Source: Candidatus Methylomirabilota bacterium (GTDB lineage Bacteria > Methylomirabilota > Methylomirabilia > Rokubacteriales > CSP1-6). Taken from it: a DNA stretch of 64,000 bases. Position 1 is the stretch's first letter. Every line of letters starts with the position of its first letter. Shown one piece after another: positions 46,323-55,662 of the stretch. The position numbers and the translations under genes are program-made. The notes below the pieces were generated by a model that worked only from the letters and a program-made list of their open reading frames with translations, was not told the DNA's origin and did no database searches. The stretch spans positions 9,147-73,146 of the forward strand of contig DATIAY010000122.1 in NCBI GenBank assembly GCA_035457825.1. The letters are read 5' to 3'.

Positions 46323-47393
46323 ATGGTTGAGCCGCCAGTCGGCTTCGACAAGGACAAGGCGAAGGCGTTCACCCAGCTCATGGTCCGGCATCTGGAAGGC
46401 TCGGCGATCGCCGTGATGATGGAGATCGGCGGGCGCGTCGGCCTGTTCGAGACCATGGCCCGCATGAGCGCCGCCACCAGCGCCGAGATCGCCACCCGCG
46501 CCGGGCTCAGCGAGCGTTACGTCCGCGAGTGGCTGGCCGCGATGGTGTGCGGCGGCATCGTCGAGTACGACGCCACGGCCTCCTCCTATCGCTTGCCGCC
46601 GGAGCACGCCGCCATGCTGACCGGCACGACCACGAAGAACCTCGTCCCGGTGACCGAGATGATCTCGCTGATGACCCGGGTGATTCCCGAGGTCACCGAG
46701 GCCTTCCGGACCGGTGCGGGGGTCCCCTACAGCGCCTACCAGCCCCATTTCACCGGGGTCATGGACCGGCGGAGCCGTCCCCGCTACGAGGAGCTGTTGC
46801 TCACCAAATACCTGGCCCTGCCCGAGGGCCTGCTGTCACGGCTCGAGACGGGCATCCGTGTCGCCGACATCGGATGTGGCACCGGCTTCTGCATCGGCCT
46901 GATGGCCGCGCGCTTCCCCAGGAGCACGTTCGTCGGGTACGACCTCTCCGAGGTGGCCATCACCCAGGCCCGGGCCGAGACCGGGGCGCGGTCCATCAGG
47001 AACGCCTCGTTCATCGTGGCCGATGTGGCCCGATTCGAGACACCGATTCCCTTCGACCTGATCACGGCCTTCGATGCGATCCACGATCAGGCCGAGCCCG
47101 CCGGCGTGCTCCGCCGCATCCGCTCGGCCCTGACTCCGGGTGGGATCTTCCTCATGGTCGACGTCTGCGCCTCCAGCCGCCTCGAAGACAACGTGGGCGT
47201 CCCCATGGCGCCCTACCTCTACACCGTGAGCGCCATGCACTGCATGAGCGTGTCGCTCGCGGGCGGCGGCCCGGGGCTCGGCGCGGCCTGGGGCCATCAG
47301 GTGGCCACCCGCATGCTGAAGGACGCCGGGTTCACCGACGTCAAGCTCTTCGAGCGCGTCGATCCCACGAACTCGCTCTACATCGCCCGCTGA
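46323..47393 (+). CDS. Class I SAM-dependent methyltransferase with an N-terminal winged-helix-like domain
   Basis: SAM motif I VADIGCGTGF and post-I/II motifs. GGAGG lies 5 nt before ATG 46323, which is internal to the track ORF. Confidence 0.75.
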   Translation: MVEPPVGFDKDKAKAFTQLMVRHLEGSAIAVMMEIGGRVGLFETMARMSAATSAEIATRAGLSERYVREWLAAMVCGGIVEYDATASSYRLPPEHAAMLTGTTTKNLVPVTEMISLMTRVIPEVTEAFRTGAGVPYSAYQPHFTGVMDRRSRPRYEELLLTKYLALPEGLLSRLETGIRVADIGCGTGFCIGLMAARFPRSTFVGYDLSEVAITQARAETGARSIRNASFIVADVARFETPIPFDLITAFDAIHDQAEPAGVLRRIRSALTPGGIFLMVDVCASSRLEDNVGVPMAPYLYTVSAMHCMSVSLAGGGPGLGAAWGHQVATRMLKDAGFTDVKLFERVDPTNSLYIAR

Positions 47394-47406
47394 CATCGTG
47401 GCCCCG

Positions 47407-47444
47407 GTGTCCGGCCTGGTCGGCGAGGCCCCCAGGCCGGACAC
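47407..47444. terminator. Strong hairpin between convergent genes (bidirectional terminator candidate)
   Basis: GTGTCCGGCCTGG-N12-CCAGGCCGGACAC forms a perfect 13-bp stem between the methyltransferase stop (47393) and the OmpA-like stop (47473). Confidence 0.5.
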
Positions 47445-47472
47445 GGCGACGAACGAACGCGCGCCCTGGTGT

Positions 47473-48045
47473 CTATCGATCGGTGACCGGCACTGCCTCG
47501 GCCGTACGCGAGAGTTTCCGCATCTCGAGATGGACGCGACGGTTGAGCTGCTGGCACTCCGCGCCCGGGTCGTCGCAGAGAGAGCCGTCCTGTCCGATGG
47601 TCACGATCTTGATCCACGGCTCCGAGACTCCCAGCTCGACCAGAAACCGCTTGACCTCGTCCGCACGCCGCTGCGCTAGCTTCCGGTTGTATTCGCTGGG
47701 TCCGTGCCGGTCGGCGTAGCCCTGGACCAGGATCGCCCAGGTCCCACCCCTGGTCAGAGCCCCCGCCTGTTCCTGGAGCACGCCGACGCTGTCGGCGCGC
47801 AGCCGGGAGCTCTTGAAGTCGAAGTAGACGTCGGCGTGGACCACGTCACGCTCCGCCACGACGCTGGTCTCGACGCTGGCCGGGGCCGGCGCCGGAGCCG
47901 TCACGACCATCGCCGCCGGCGTTTCCGACGCCTTCGCGGACGCCTCCATCATCTCCGTGTACATCCAGGAGCCGGCGAGGGCGACTCCCACCAGCGTAAC
48001 CAGACCCCCCATGACCATCGCGAGGTGCTTCTTGATCTCGGCCAT
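47473..48045 (-). CDS. OmpA-family (peptidoglycan-associated, OmpA_C-like) protein with an N-terminal TM anchor
   Basis: Contains ..VYFDFKSSRLR......L......L......I.VQGYADRHGPSEYNRKLAQRRADEV..FL...GV. GGAGGAG lies 5 nt before ATG 48045. Confidence 0.8.
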   Translation of the reverse strand: MAEIKKHLAMVMGGLVTLVGVALAGSWMYTEMMEASAKASETPAAMVVTAPAPAPASVETSVVAERDVVHADVYFDFKSSRLRADSVGVLQEQAGALTRGGTWAILVQGYADRHGPSEYNRKLAQRRADEVKRFLVELGVSEPWIKIVTIGQDGSLCDDPGAECQQLNRRVHLEMRKLSRTAEAVPVTDR

Positions 48046-48128
48046 GAACACTCCTCCTCTTCATTCGTTTTCGCTGCTCGGGCCCCGGGTAGCCGCCCCT
48101 GCGGCTGCGCGCCCGATCCAGGGCAGTG

Positions 48129-48144
48129 AGCAACGTCGAGGCCA
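48129..48144 (-). promoter_or_regulatory. Sigma-54 (-24/-12) promoter upstream of the OmpA-like gene
   Basis: The minus strand reads TGGCCT-cgacg-TTGCT with GG-N10-GC spacing. Lies about 85 nt upstream of ATG 48045. Confidence 0.55.
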
Positions 48145-48230
48145 GGCCTGATGCGACCAGCGGTCGAGGCCCGGGCGCGAGGAATTTCGGTGTGTTGGCC
48201 GGCGCTATGACGGAGCCGGCCTTGCCGCTG

Positions 48231-48258
48231 ATGCGGGGATCGCCACGCATCCCCGCAT
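48231..48258. promoter_or_regulatory. 10-bp perfect inverted repeat (candidate activator UAS, or terminator of the upstream operon)
   Basis: ATGCGGGGAT-N8-ATCCCCGCAT is centred roughly 100-125 bp upstream of the 48144 promoter and 46 nt after the EBP stop. A second inverted repeat, GGCCGGC-N11-GCCGGCC, lies at 48197-48221. Confidence 0.4.
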
Positions 48259-48303
48259 GAACGCCGGGCCATCCCCGCGTCCGAAGCCCGTCTGGCGCCG
48301 GCT

Positions 48304-51057
48304 CTAGACGACGGCGGTCGGGGGGCGGAGCGCGAAGTGCTGGCGGACCAGGGATTCGAGCGAGCGGAAGTGGCGCTCGGGCAGGTTCTTGAAGCGTCGG
48401 CGGCAGGCGCTCAGGGCGGCGTCGGCGGAGTCGAAGGCCTGAATGACCCGGAGCAGGTGCTCGTGGTACTCGCGCAGCTTCACCTCCACGATGCGCGCGG
48501 AGGCAGGATCACCGGCCAGGTCCAGGGCCGCCCGCGCGTGATCGCCTCCGGACTGGACCAGCGCGCGGAAGCCGAGGCCCTTGAGCCGCTGGGTGACCGT
48601 GCTCCGGTCCCAGCCCAGCGCCCCGGCCGTCGCCTGCATGTCGAACCCGTGGCGGCGCAGGCAAGCCAGCACCGCCGCGTCAGAATGGGTCTCCCGATCG
48701 GGGGCGACGCCCGGGGGGACCGTTGGCGTCGCGGGGGGAAGCCGCAGGTCCTTCCGCCCGATCAGGCCCGACTCGGCGAGCGTGACCGCCCGGCGGAGAC
48801 AGTGCTGCAGCTCGCGGATGTTGCCGGGCCAGTTGTGAGCCTGCAGAGCAATCACGGCATCCTCCGACAGCGCGACGCCGTCGCGATGCGCTTCGGCGGC
48901 GGCCTCGGTCAGGAGCCGGGGTGCGAGCATGGCGATGTCCCCCGGGCGCTCGCGTAGCGGCGGCAGCTCCAGGACCAGACCCTTCAGCCGGAAGTAGAGG
49001 TCCTCGCGGAACCAGCCCTCGGCGACGCCCCGCTCGAGGTCCCGGTTGCTGGCGGCGACCACGCGCACGTCCACCGTGCTCGGTCGGCTCGCTCCCACGC
49101 GATGGAACGTCTTGTCTTGTAATACCCGGAGCAGCTTGCCCTGGTGCTCGGGGCGAAGCTCGCCGACCTCGTCGAGAAAGATCGTGCCGTGATCGGCCTG
49201 CTCGAAGTAGCCCTTGCGATCGGCCACGGCGCCGGTGAAGCTGCCCTTGACGTGGCCGAAGAGCTCGCTCTCGAAGAGCTCGGGAGCGATGGCGGCCATG
49301 TTCACCGCCACGAACGGCCGATCGGCCCGCGGGCTCAGGCGGTGCGTGGCGCGGGCGAACAGCTCCTTGCCGGTTCCCGGCTCGCCGAGCAGGAGAATGG
49401 GCAAGGCGGACCCGGCCGCTTTGCTGAGGTCGCGGAAGGCGGCCAGCACGCCAGGATCGGCGGTGACGATCCCCATCCGCTCGCACTCGCGTCGCAGGCG
49501 CTCGTGCTCGGGCGCGCCGGGCGCGGCGGCCGGGCTCGCGGCGGCGCGCAGACCGCGGAGCTCCCGCTCCAGCGCGTCGAGCCGGCGGCGCGTCTGCTCT
49601 TCCTGGGTCCGGGCCTCGGCCACCTGGCTCCGCAGCGTCTCCACCGCGCGCCCCAGCTCCCGCTCGGCACTGCTGGACCTGGCCGCCGCGGTACGGGCGG
49701 ACTCCAGATCTTCCTCGAGCGCGTCGGCGGCCGCCTCCTGGCGGGCCAGGATTTCGCGCACCCGCGCGTTCTCGTCCCTGAGCTGGCGCACGCGGCCGGC
49801 GGCGGTGAACTGGTTCCATGCCAGCGCGCCGGCCGAGGCGAGGATCAGAGCCGTCACCGGCGGCCCGGCCGGCAGCACGACGCCAGCCGCTGACAGCACG
49901 AGCGGCAAGCTCGCCACGTAGGCCAGCGCCAGCACGCCGGTACCGATCGAGGCGACCCACCACACCCGGGCCAGCCAGAGCCACGCGCCCAACACGGCGA
50001 GCGCCAGCGTAGCCGGCCCCGTCAGGGCCGGCGGCGCTTCGCGGAGGACGTGGCCGTTCAGCAAGGTGTCGAGCAGGTGCGCCTGGATCACGACGTCCGG
50101 CATGGCGCCCAGCGGCGTTCGCCCCGACGCCCGGATCGGATCGGCGAGCACCAGCACCAGCTTGTTCTCGGCGAGGCCCCGAAGCACGTCGGCATTCCCC
50201 GCCTCGACGGCAGCCCACAGCTCGTGGAACGGCACTCTCGCGACACCCCGAGGCAGGCCGGCGCCCCTGAAGGCGACCAGCGTCTGCCCATGATTGTTCA
50301 TCGGGATCCGGCGCAGTGGCACGGGATCCCGTTCCGGGCGCAGGACGAGGGCCCCGCGCTCCACCGTGAGTTCCCCGAGCTCCGCGTCGAGGAACGCGGC
50401 CGCCAGCGCGAGGCCGAGCGCCGGCACGGCCCGATCGCCCAGCCTGACGAAGAGGGGGACCTGCCGGGTCACGCCGTCCGCGTCGGCGGGCGCGAGCGTG
50501 TGCCCGATGGCCCAGGCATGCCGGGCGAGCCCGGCCAGCGGTCCACCTGGCGGCCGGGCTTCCGGCAGATCGAGCGGAACCCGGGACACCTCCACCCAGG
50601 ATGCGTGCCGCGGGGCCTGGGCGCGGGTTTCGCCGCCAGAGACGAAAGGACGCTCGCTCGTCGGCTCGAGCGTGATCGGGTAGACGACCGCATCGGTCAG
50701 CGCCGTGGCCTCAGCGAGCAGCGCGTCGCCGGCCGCCCCACCACGCGTGGCGCCCGGGAGGCCGAGCGCAACATCCACGGCGATCGTGGCGGCGCCGGCG
50801 CGCCCCAGGCTCGTGATCACGCTGGCCAGGACGGCGCGGTCCCAGGGGCCCGTGCCGAAGCGTGTCTCGCTGGCGGCATCACGCTCGACCACGACCAGCG
50901 CGCGATTCGCCGGACCGGGATCGCGGACGCGCAGCCAGTAGTCGTAGACGGCCCAGTCGAGCGCCGGCAGATTCGTCAGGCCCAGGGTCCAGGCCGCGGC
51001 GGTGATCAGGGTGGCCGCCAGGCCCAGGATGGCGGCAGGACGTAAGAGGCGCATCAT
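48304..51057 (-). CDS. CHASE2 sensor domain - 3 TM - coiled coil - sigma-54 interaction AAA+ domain - HTH regulator, 917 aa
   Basis: CHASE2-like N-terminus (ALVVVERDAASETRFGTGPWDRAVLASVITSLGRAGAATIAVDV). AAA+ domain: GEPGTGKE, GSFTGA, IFLDEVGEL, NWPGNIRELQH. C-terminal HTH plus about 90 further aa. Confidence 0.8.
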   Translation of the reverse strand: MMRLLRPAAILGLAATLITAAAWTLGLTNLPALDWAVYDYWLRVRDPGPANRALVVVERDAASETRFGTGPWDRAVLASVITSLGRAGAATIAVDVALGLPGATRGGAAGDALLAEATALTDAVVYPITLEPTSERPFVSGGETRAQAPRHASWVEVSRVPLDLPEARPPGGPLAGLARHAWAIGHTLAPADADGVTRQVPLFVRLGDRAVPALGLALAAAFLDAELGELTVERGALVLRPERDPVPLRRIPMNNHGQTLVAFRGAGLPRGVARVPFHELWAAVEAGNADVLRGLAENKLVLVLADPIRASGRTPLGAMPDVVIQAHLLDTLLNGHVLREAPPALTGPATLALAVLGAWLWLARVWWVASIGTGVLALAYVASLPLVLSAAGVVLPAGPPVTALILASAGALAWNQFTAAGRVRQLRDENARVREILARQEAAADALEEDLESARTAAARSSSAERELGRAVETLRSQVAEARTQEEQTRRRLDALERELRGLRAAASPAAAPGAPEHERLRRECERMGIVTADPGVLAAFRDLSKAAGSALPILLLGEPGTGKELFARATHRLSPRADRPFVAVNMAAIAPELFESELFGHVKGSFTGAVADRKGYFEQADHGTIFLDEVGELRPEHQGKLLRVLQDKTFHRVGASRPSTVDVRVVAASNRDLERGVAEGWFREDLYFRLKGLVLELPPLRERPGDIAMLAPRLLTEAAAEAHRDGVALSEDAVIALQAHNWPGNIRELQHCLRRAVTLAESGLIGRKDLRLPPATPTVPPGVAPDRETHSDAAVLACLRRHGFDMQATAGALGWDRSTVTQRLKGLGFRALVQSGGDHARAALDLAGDPASARIVEVKLREYHEHLLRVIQAFDSADAALSACRRRFKNLPERHFRSLESLVRQHFALRPPTAVV

Positions 51058-51072
51058 CAGGCGCCTGGGGGC

Positions 51073-52386
51073 CTAGGGGCGGATGGACGCAGGGCCGAGC
51101 CCGGGCGACAGCTCGCGAAGCAGGCTCTGCGCGTCTTCGTGCGGGGTGGTTCTTAGCAGCGTGAGGGCGCGCTCGAGATCAGGCGTCACGCCGAGCCCAC
51201 CCGCGTAGATCCGCGCCAGCTCGATCCGAGCCCTGGGCTCGCCTTCGGCCGCCGCGGCCGTGAAGTAGGCGAGGATGCGTGGGTCATGCGCGGGTAGCCG
51301 CCCGTCGACCCCCTGTTCGTAGAGAGCCGCCAGCTGTCGCTGGGCGGGCTCGCTCAGGGCCCAGGCTTCGCGAATGAGCACGCCCACCGCCTCGTCGGTG
51401 CGGCCGCGTCGCAGCAAGGCGGCACCCACCGTGTCCTCGCCACTGCGGTTGATGTCGGTAGAGGGGTCGTTGAGGGTGGGGTACTGCTTCCAGAGGTCGG
51501 CGCGAAAGTCACGGAAGGCCTGCTCGGCCGCGGCCCGCTCGATTGGCCCGCGCTTGCCTCGTCCCGTCGCCGCCTGCCGGACCTGGCTCAAGGCTTCCTC
51601 GGCCTGAATCACGCCCTGGTCAGCGGCCCGAAACCACCAGGTGATCGCCTTCGCCAGATCCCGCGGGGCGCCCACGCCGGCGGCGTAAGCGGCCCCCACG
51701 AAATACTGGGCCGTGGCGACGCCGGCCTCGGCGGCGACGAGGAACTCGCGCGTGGCCTCGGCGTCGCGGCGCGCGAGCTTCAACATGAGCGCCAGGTTGT
51801 AGCGCGCGTCGGGCTGCTCGGGAGCCTGGGCCAGCAGGCGGTGATAGGCGTCGATGGCGCCATCGAGATCGCCCAGGCGATAGCGGACGATGCCCGCCGC
51901 GTAGTTGGCCTCGATCAGATCGGGACGCTCGCTCAGGACCAGCTCGAGCTCCGCGCGCGCTCCGGCCCAGTCGTGCCGGGCCATGAGCGCCCGGGCCAGG
52001 GTGAGCCGCGCGTCCCCCGCGGCCGGCTGCGCTCTCAGGAACATGCGCAGCTCGTCGATGGCCCCGTCGAAATCGCCCAGGCCGTAGAGGGCCAGGCCCA
52101 GGGGCGTCCTCGCCTGGTGCAGGTCGGGCTGCAGCCGGAGAGCTTCCCGCAGGGCGACCGTCGCCTGAGAGAGCTCGCCGCGCGCCATCAAGGCCCGGCC
52201 GCGCTCGAGCGCAGCGTGCGCCGCCGTCGGGGTCGTGGCGCCGGGGGCGGGTTCGGGCATCCGGGACGTCGCACATCCGGCCAGGAGCAGCACGAAGAGC
52301 GAGCGGGCAACCCTGGACGTCAGTCCCCGGGCTCGCGTGCGTCGGGATGGGCCGGCCCACGTCTTGATCTCCGGATCATAACGCAC
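51073..52386 (-). CDS. TPR + Sel1-repeat lipoprotein
   Basis: Lipobox LLLAGC. TPR repeats in the N-terminal half and Sel1-like repeats (AQYFVGAAYAAGVGAPRDLAKAITWWFRAADQG) in the C-terminal half. GTG start. Confidence 0.7.
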   Translation of the reverse strand: MRYDPEIKTWAGPSRRTRARGLTSRVARSLFVLLLAGCATSRMPEPAPGATTPTAAHAALERGRALMARGELSQATVALREALRLQPDLHQARTPLGLALYGLGDFDGAIDELRMFLRAQPAAGDARLTLARALMARHDWAGARAELELVLSERPDLIEANYAAGIVRYRLGDLDGAIDAYHRLLAQAPEQPDARYNLALMLKLARRDAEATREFLVAAEAGVATAQYFVGAAYAAGVGAPRDLAKAITWWFRAADQGVIQAEEALSQVRQAATGRGKRGPIERAAAEQAFRDFRADLWKQYPTLNDPSTDINRSGEDTVGAALLRRGRTDEAVGVLIREAWALSEPAQRQLAALYEQGVDGRLPAHDPRILAYFTAAAAEGEPRARIELARIYAGGLGVTPDLERALTLLRTTPHEDAQSLLRELSPGLGPASIRP

Positions 52387-52419
52387 CGGGCGCCAGTGCC
52401 CGGCGTTCGCGGTCGAACG

Positions 52420-53019
52420 CTAGAAGCGCACCCCGAAATACAATCCGGGCATGACGTTGGTGTGCAGGTCCACTTCGCGTCCCCCCACGCGGACCTCTTC
52501 CCCGAGCGAGGTGAAGTTGAGGAGGAAGTCGGCCGTGACGGCGACCTGCTTGCTGACGGCGTAATCGAGTCCGACGCCGACGGGGATCAGGAACGAGGTG
52601 TAGGTATCTGCGACCCCGCTGTCCCGGTCCTTGATCCCCGCCCGAACGAATCCGATGCCGCCCTGGACCACGAGCTTGAACACGTTGCTGGCACCCGGGA
52701 TGTCCCACCAGTACCGGGCCTGAGCGGACAGGCCGAAGAGGAAGTCGTCGCCGGCGCCCCCGTACTGGGCGAGCGGGCCCACCGAGAGGCGTGGCATCAC
52801 GAAATACTCGGCGTGCCCTTTGAGCGCGAACTCGACGTCGCCATCCGGCGTGTCGGCCAGGAAGCCCACGCCGGCCCCGCCCGTCCATCGCCCCGGTTTC
52901 AGGTCGGTGACGTCGGCGTGGGCGAGGCCGCAGAGGACCAGGCCCGCCAGCCACGACACCGCGAGCGTGCGCAGACCGCGCGCCACCGCCGATCGGCGTT
53001 GCCCGGAGCTCTTACACAC
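52420..53019 (-). CDS. Small outer-membrane beta-barrel protein (OmpW/OmpA-barrel-like)
   Basis: Signal peptide ..LVLCGLAHA, alternating beta-strand pattern and a C-terminal ..GLYFGVRF. The start is uncertain (GTG 53019 or 52986). Confidence 0.6.
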   Translation of the reverse strand: MCKSSGQRRSAVARGLRTLAVSWLAGLVLCGLAHADVTDLKPGRWTGGAGVGFLADTPDGDVEFALKGHAEYFVMPRLSVGPLAQYGGAGDDFLFGLSAQARYWWDIPGASNVFKLVVQGGIGFVRAGIKDRDSGVADTYTSFLIPVGVGLDYAVSKQVAVTADFLLNFTSLGEEVRVGGREVDLHTNVMPGLYFGVRF

Positions 53020-53512
53020 GCTCGTAGCTGAGCCGTTTGACCTTGTCCATGTTCGTGCCTTCGATGCGGATCAGCCGGGTCGGTCCGTCGCGGCGCGGGG
53101 AATGCAAGTCGCCCTCGTTGTAGACGTGGGCCATGCCCGGCTCCAGGTGGTAGCTCCGCACGTGGCGGACTTTACCGGGTCGACCCTCGGCGGCGGGCTC
53201 GACCAGCGCCCAGTCGTTCATCACGGTGGTGCCCCGGGCCTGGCCGTAGATCGCCCAGGACGGACCGTGGTCGTGGGGGGCGCTCTCCTTGGCACCCTTG
53301 TAGACGTGGGCCAGGATGCAGAAGCCCAGCGTGGGATCCTCGAAGAGGATCTTGCGTTCCGGCCCGTCGTCGGTGAGGTGCGTGGTGATGAACGCCTGAT
53401 CCTTCAGGATGTCTTGCAGGAGCGCACACACTTTGCGCCGGCCCTCGGGCCCGGGCATCTCGGCGAGCAGCCGGTGAAACTCCGTGGCAACCTGCTCCAG
53501 GGTGTAGCCCAT
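53012..53512 (-). CDS. Cupin-fold hypothetical protein, 166 aa
   Basis: His-rich cupin-like core (..ILAHVYKGAKESAPHDHGPSWAIYG...HVYNEGDLHS). ATG 53512 is internal to track ORF 53012..54031. Confidence 0.5.
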   Translation of the reverse strand: MGYTLEQVATEFHRLLAEMPGPEGRRKVCALLQDILKDQAFITTHLTDDGPERKILFEDPTLGFCILAHVYKGAKESAPHDHGPSWAIYGQARGTTVMNDWALVEPAAEGRPGKVRHVRSYHLEPGMAHVYNEGDLHSPRRDGPTRLIRIEGTNMDKVKRLSYERV

Positions 53513-53544
53513 TGAACGACCTCCTCCTGTGATTTCGCTCGGGA

Positions 53545-55632
53545 TCAGCCTCCCAGAAATCCCTTCCCCTGGTCGGCCAGGCGACTGAGCAATGCGGCAG
53601 GCCGCCAGCGCTCGTCGCCGGAGCGGCGCTCGAGCTCGAGCAGCCGATCGCGGACGACCTTGAGCCCCGTCTGGTCGGCCCAGTGCATGGGGCCGCCGCG
53701 GTACACGGGCCAGCCGTAGCCGTAGACCCAGATGACGTCGATGTCGCTGGCCCGGATGGCGATGCCTTCCTCGAGGATCTTCGCCCCTTCGTTGATCATG
53801 GGGTAGAGCAGCCGCTCGAGGATCTCCGCATCCGGGATCGGGCGCCGGGTCACGCCCTCCTGCTTGGCGACCTCGGTGATGAGGCGCTCGACCTCGGGAT
53901 CGGGCCGCGGCGTGCGATCGCTGCCCTCGTACCGGTAGAATCCCGAGCCCGTCTTCTGGCCGAAGCGTCCCATCTCGCAGAGCCGGTCGGCCACCGGCGC
54001 GCGCGTACCCCGGGCCTTGCGCCCGCGCCAACCCACGTCCAGGCCGGCCAGGTCGCCCATGGCGAACGGGCCCATGGGAAAGCCAAAGTCGTAGAGCACT
54101 TTGTCGACCTGCTGGGGTAGCGCGCCCTCCAGGAGCAGGCGCTCGGCCTCGCGTCCGCGCTGGTGGAGCATCCGGTTGCCGACGAAGGCGTGGCAGACGC
54201 CGACCAGCACCGGCACCTTGCCGATGCGCCGGCCCACCGCCATCGCGGTGGCGATCGTGGTCTTGGACGTCTTGGCCCCGCGCACGACCTCCAGCAGCCG
54301 CATGACGTTGGCCGGGCTGAAGAAGTGCGTGCCGATCACGCTCTCCGGGCGCCGGGTCGCGCCCCCGATCTCGTTGACATCGAGCGTGGAGGTGTTGGTG
54401 GCCAGCACCGCGTCGGACTTGGCGACCTTGTCCAGGCGGCCGAAGACGTCCTTCTTGAGGGGCATCTCCTCGAAGACGGCCTCGATCACCATGTCGGCGT
54501 CGGCGACATCGCCGAAATCGACGCTCCCCCGGATCAAGCCCATGCGGCGCTCGACATCCGCGCTGGTGAGCCGGCCCCGGGCCGCCGTGGCCTCGTAGTT
54601 CTTGCGCACGACGCCCAGGCCGCGGTCCAGCGCGTCCTTCGCGACCTCCACCACCGTCACCGGGATGCCGATGTTGGCGAAGTTCATGGCGATGCCGCCA
54701 CCCATGGTGCCGGCGCCGATCACGGCGACCTTGCTGATCGCTCGGGTCGGCGTGTCGGCCGGGACGTCAGGGATCTTGGCGCTCTCGCGCTCGGCGAAGA
54801 AGAAGTAGCGCTGGGCCCGGGACTCCGGTGAGTTGAGCAGCTCGACGAACAGCTCGCGCTCCCGGGCCAGACCCTGGGCGAAGGGGAGGCTGACCGCACC
54901 CTCCACCGCTTTGATGCACGCCTCGGGCGCCCGGAAGCCGCGGGTCTGTCGGGCCATGGACTTCCGGAACTCTGCGAAGATCTCCGGCTTCCCCCGCGCC
55001 GCCGCGATCTTGTCGTCGAGGTCGCGGACCCGACGTAGCGGCCGCCCCTCGGCGAGCACGCGCTCGGCGAAGGCTACGGCGCCGGCCGTGAGGTCGCCCT
55101 CGATGAGCTGGTCGAGGAGCCCCAGGCGGTGCGCCTCCTCACCTCCGATCGGGTCGCCGCTCACGATCATCGAGAGCGCCTTCTCGACGCCGACCAGGCG
55201 GGGCAGGCGCTGGGTCCCGCCTGCTCCCGGCAGCAGCCCGAGCTTCACCTCGGGCTGGCCCAGGCGCGCCGTGGACACACCGACCCGCCAGTGACAGGTC
55301 ATGGCGACCTCCAGCCCGCCCCCCAGCGCGGTGCCGTGAATGGCGGCGACGACGGGCCTGGCGCTTTGCTCGATGGTCTCCAGCACCTCTCCCAGCATCG
55401 GTTCTTGTGGAGGCTTGCCGAACTCCGTGATGTCGGCGCCGGCGATGAAGGTGCGCCCGGCGCAGGCCAGCACGATGGCGGCCACGCTGGGATCGCCGCC
55501 GGCCTGGCGCAGGCCGTCGCGCAGACCCACGCGCACGTGATGGCTCAGCGCGTTCACGGGCGGATTGTCGACGGTGAGCACGGCCACACGGCCGTGCCGG
55601 TCCAGGCTCACGGACTTGCTGATGGCTGTCAT
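53545..55632 (-). CDS. Bifunctional enoyl-CoA hydratase / 3-hydroxyacyl-CoA dehydrogenase (FadB/FadJ-like)
   Basis: N-terminal crotonase fold (..[10 protein letters not shown]..) and central NAD-binding [14 protein letters not shown]. 695 aa. Confidence 0.85.
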   Translation of the reverse strand: MTAISKSVSLDRHGRVAVLTVDNPPVNALSHHVRVGLRDGLRQAGGDPSVAAIVLACAGRTFIAGADITEFGKPPQEPMLGEVLETIEQSARPVVAAIHGTALGGGLEVAMTCHWRVGVSTARLGQPEVKLGLLPGAGGTQRLPRLVGVEKALSMIVSGDPIGGEEAHRLGLLDQLIEGDLTAGAVAFAERVLAEGRPLRRVRDLDDKIAAARGKPEIFAEFRKSMARQTRGFRAPEACIKAVEGAVSLPFAQGLARERELFVELLNSPESRAQRYFFFAERESAKIPDVPADTPTRAISKVAVIGAGTMGGGIAMNFANIGIPVTVVEVAKDALDRGLGVVRKNYEATAARGRLTSADVERRMGLIRGSVDFGDVADADMVIEAVFEEMPLKKDVFGRLDKVAKSDAVLATNTSTLDVNEIGGATRRPESVIGTHFFSPANVMRLLEVVRGAKTSKTTIATAMAVGRRIGKVPVLVGVCHAFVGNRMLHQRGREAERLLLEGALPQQVDKVLYDFGFPMGPFAMGDLAGLDVGWRGRKARGTRAPVADRLCEMGRFGQKTGSGFYRYEGSDRTPRPDPEVERLITEVAKQEGVTRRPIPDAEILERLLYPMINEGAKILEEGIAIRASDIDVIWVYGYGWPVYRGGPMHWADQTGLKVVRDRLLELERRSGDERWRPAALLSRLADQGKGFLGG

Positions 55633-55662
55633 GGCATTCCTCGTGTCGAGGGCAAGGTGGAC

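Noticed and set aside
45134-47393. The split TPP decarboxylase plus methyltransferase as a phosphonate or coenzyme M biosynthetic cluster.
   Set aside because: There is no PEP mutase, phosphosulfolactate synthase or other pathway gene nearby. Two genes are not enough to call a pathway.
48231-48258. The 10-bp inverted repeat called simply as the intrinsic terminator of the CHASE2-EBP operon.
   Set aside because: Not fully rejected. No U-tract follows on the minus strand, and its distance from the sigma-54 promoter fits a UAS equally well. It is reported as ambiguous rather than as a terminator.
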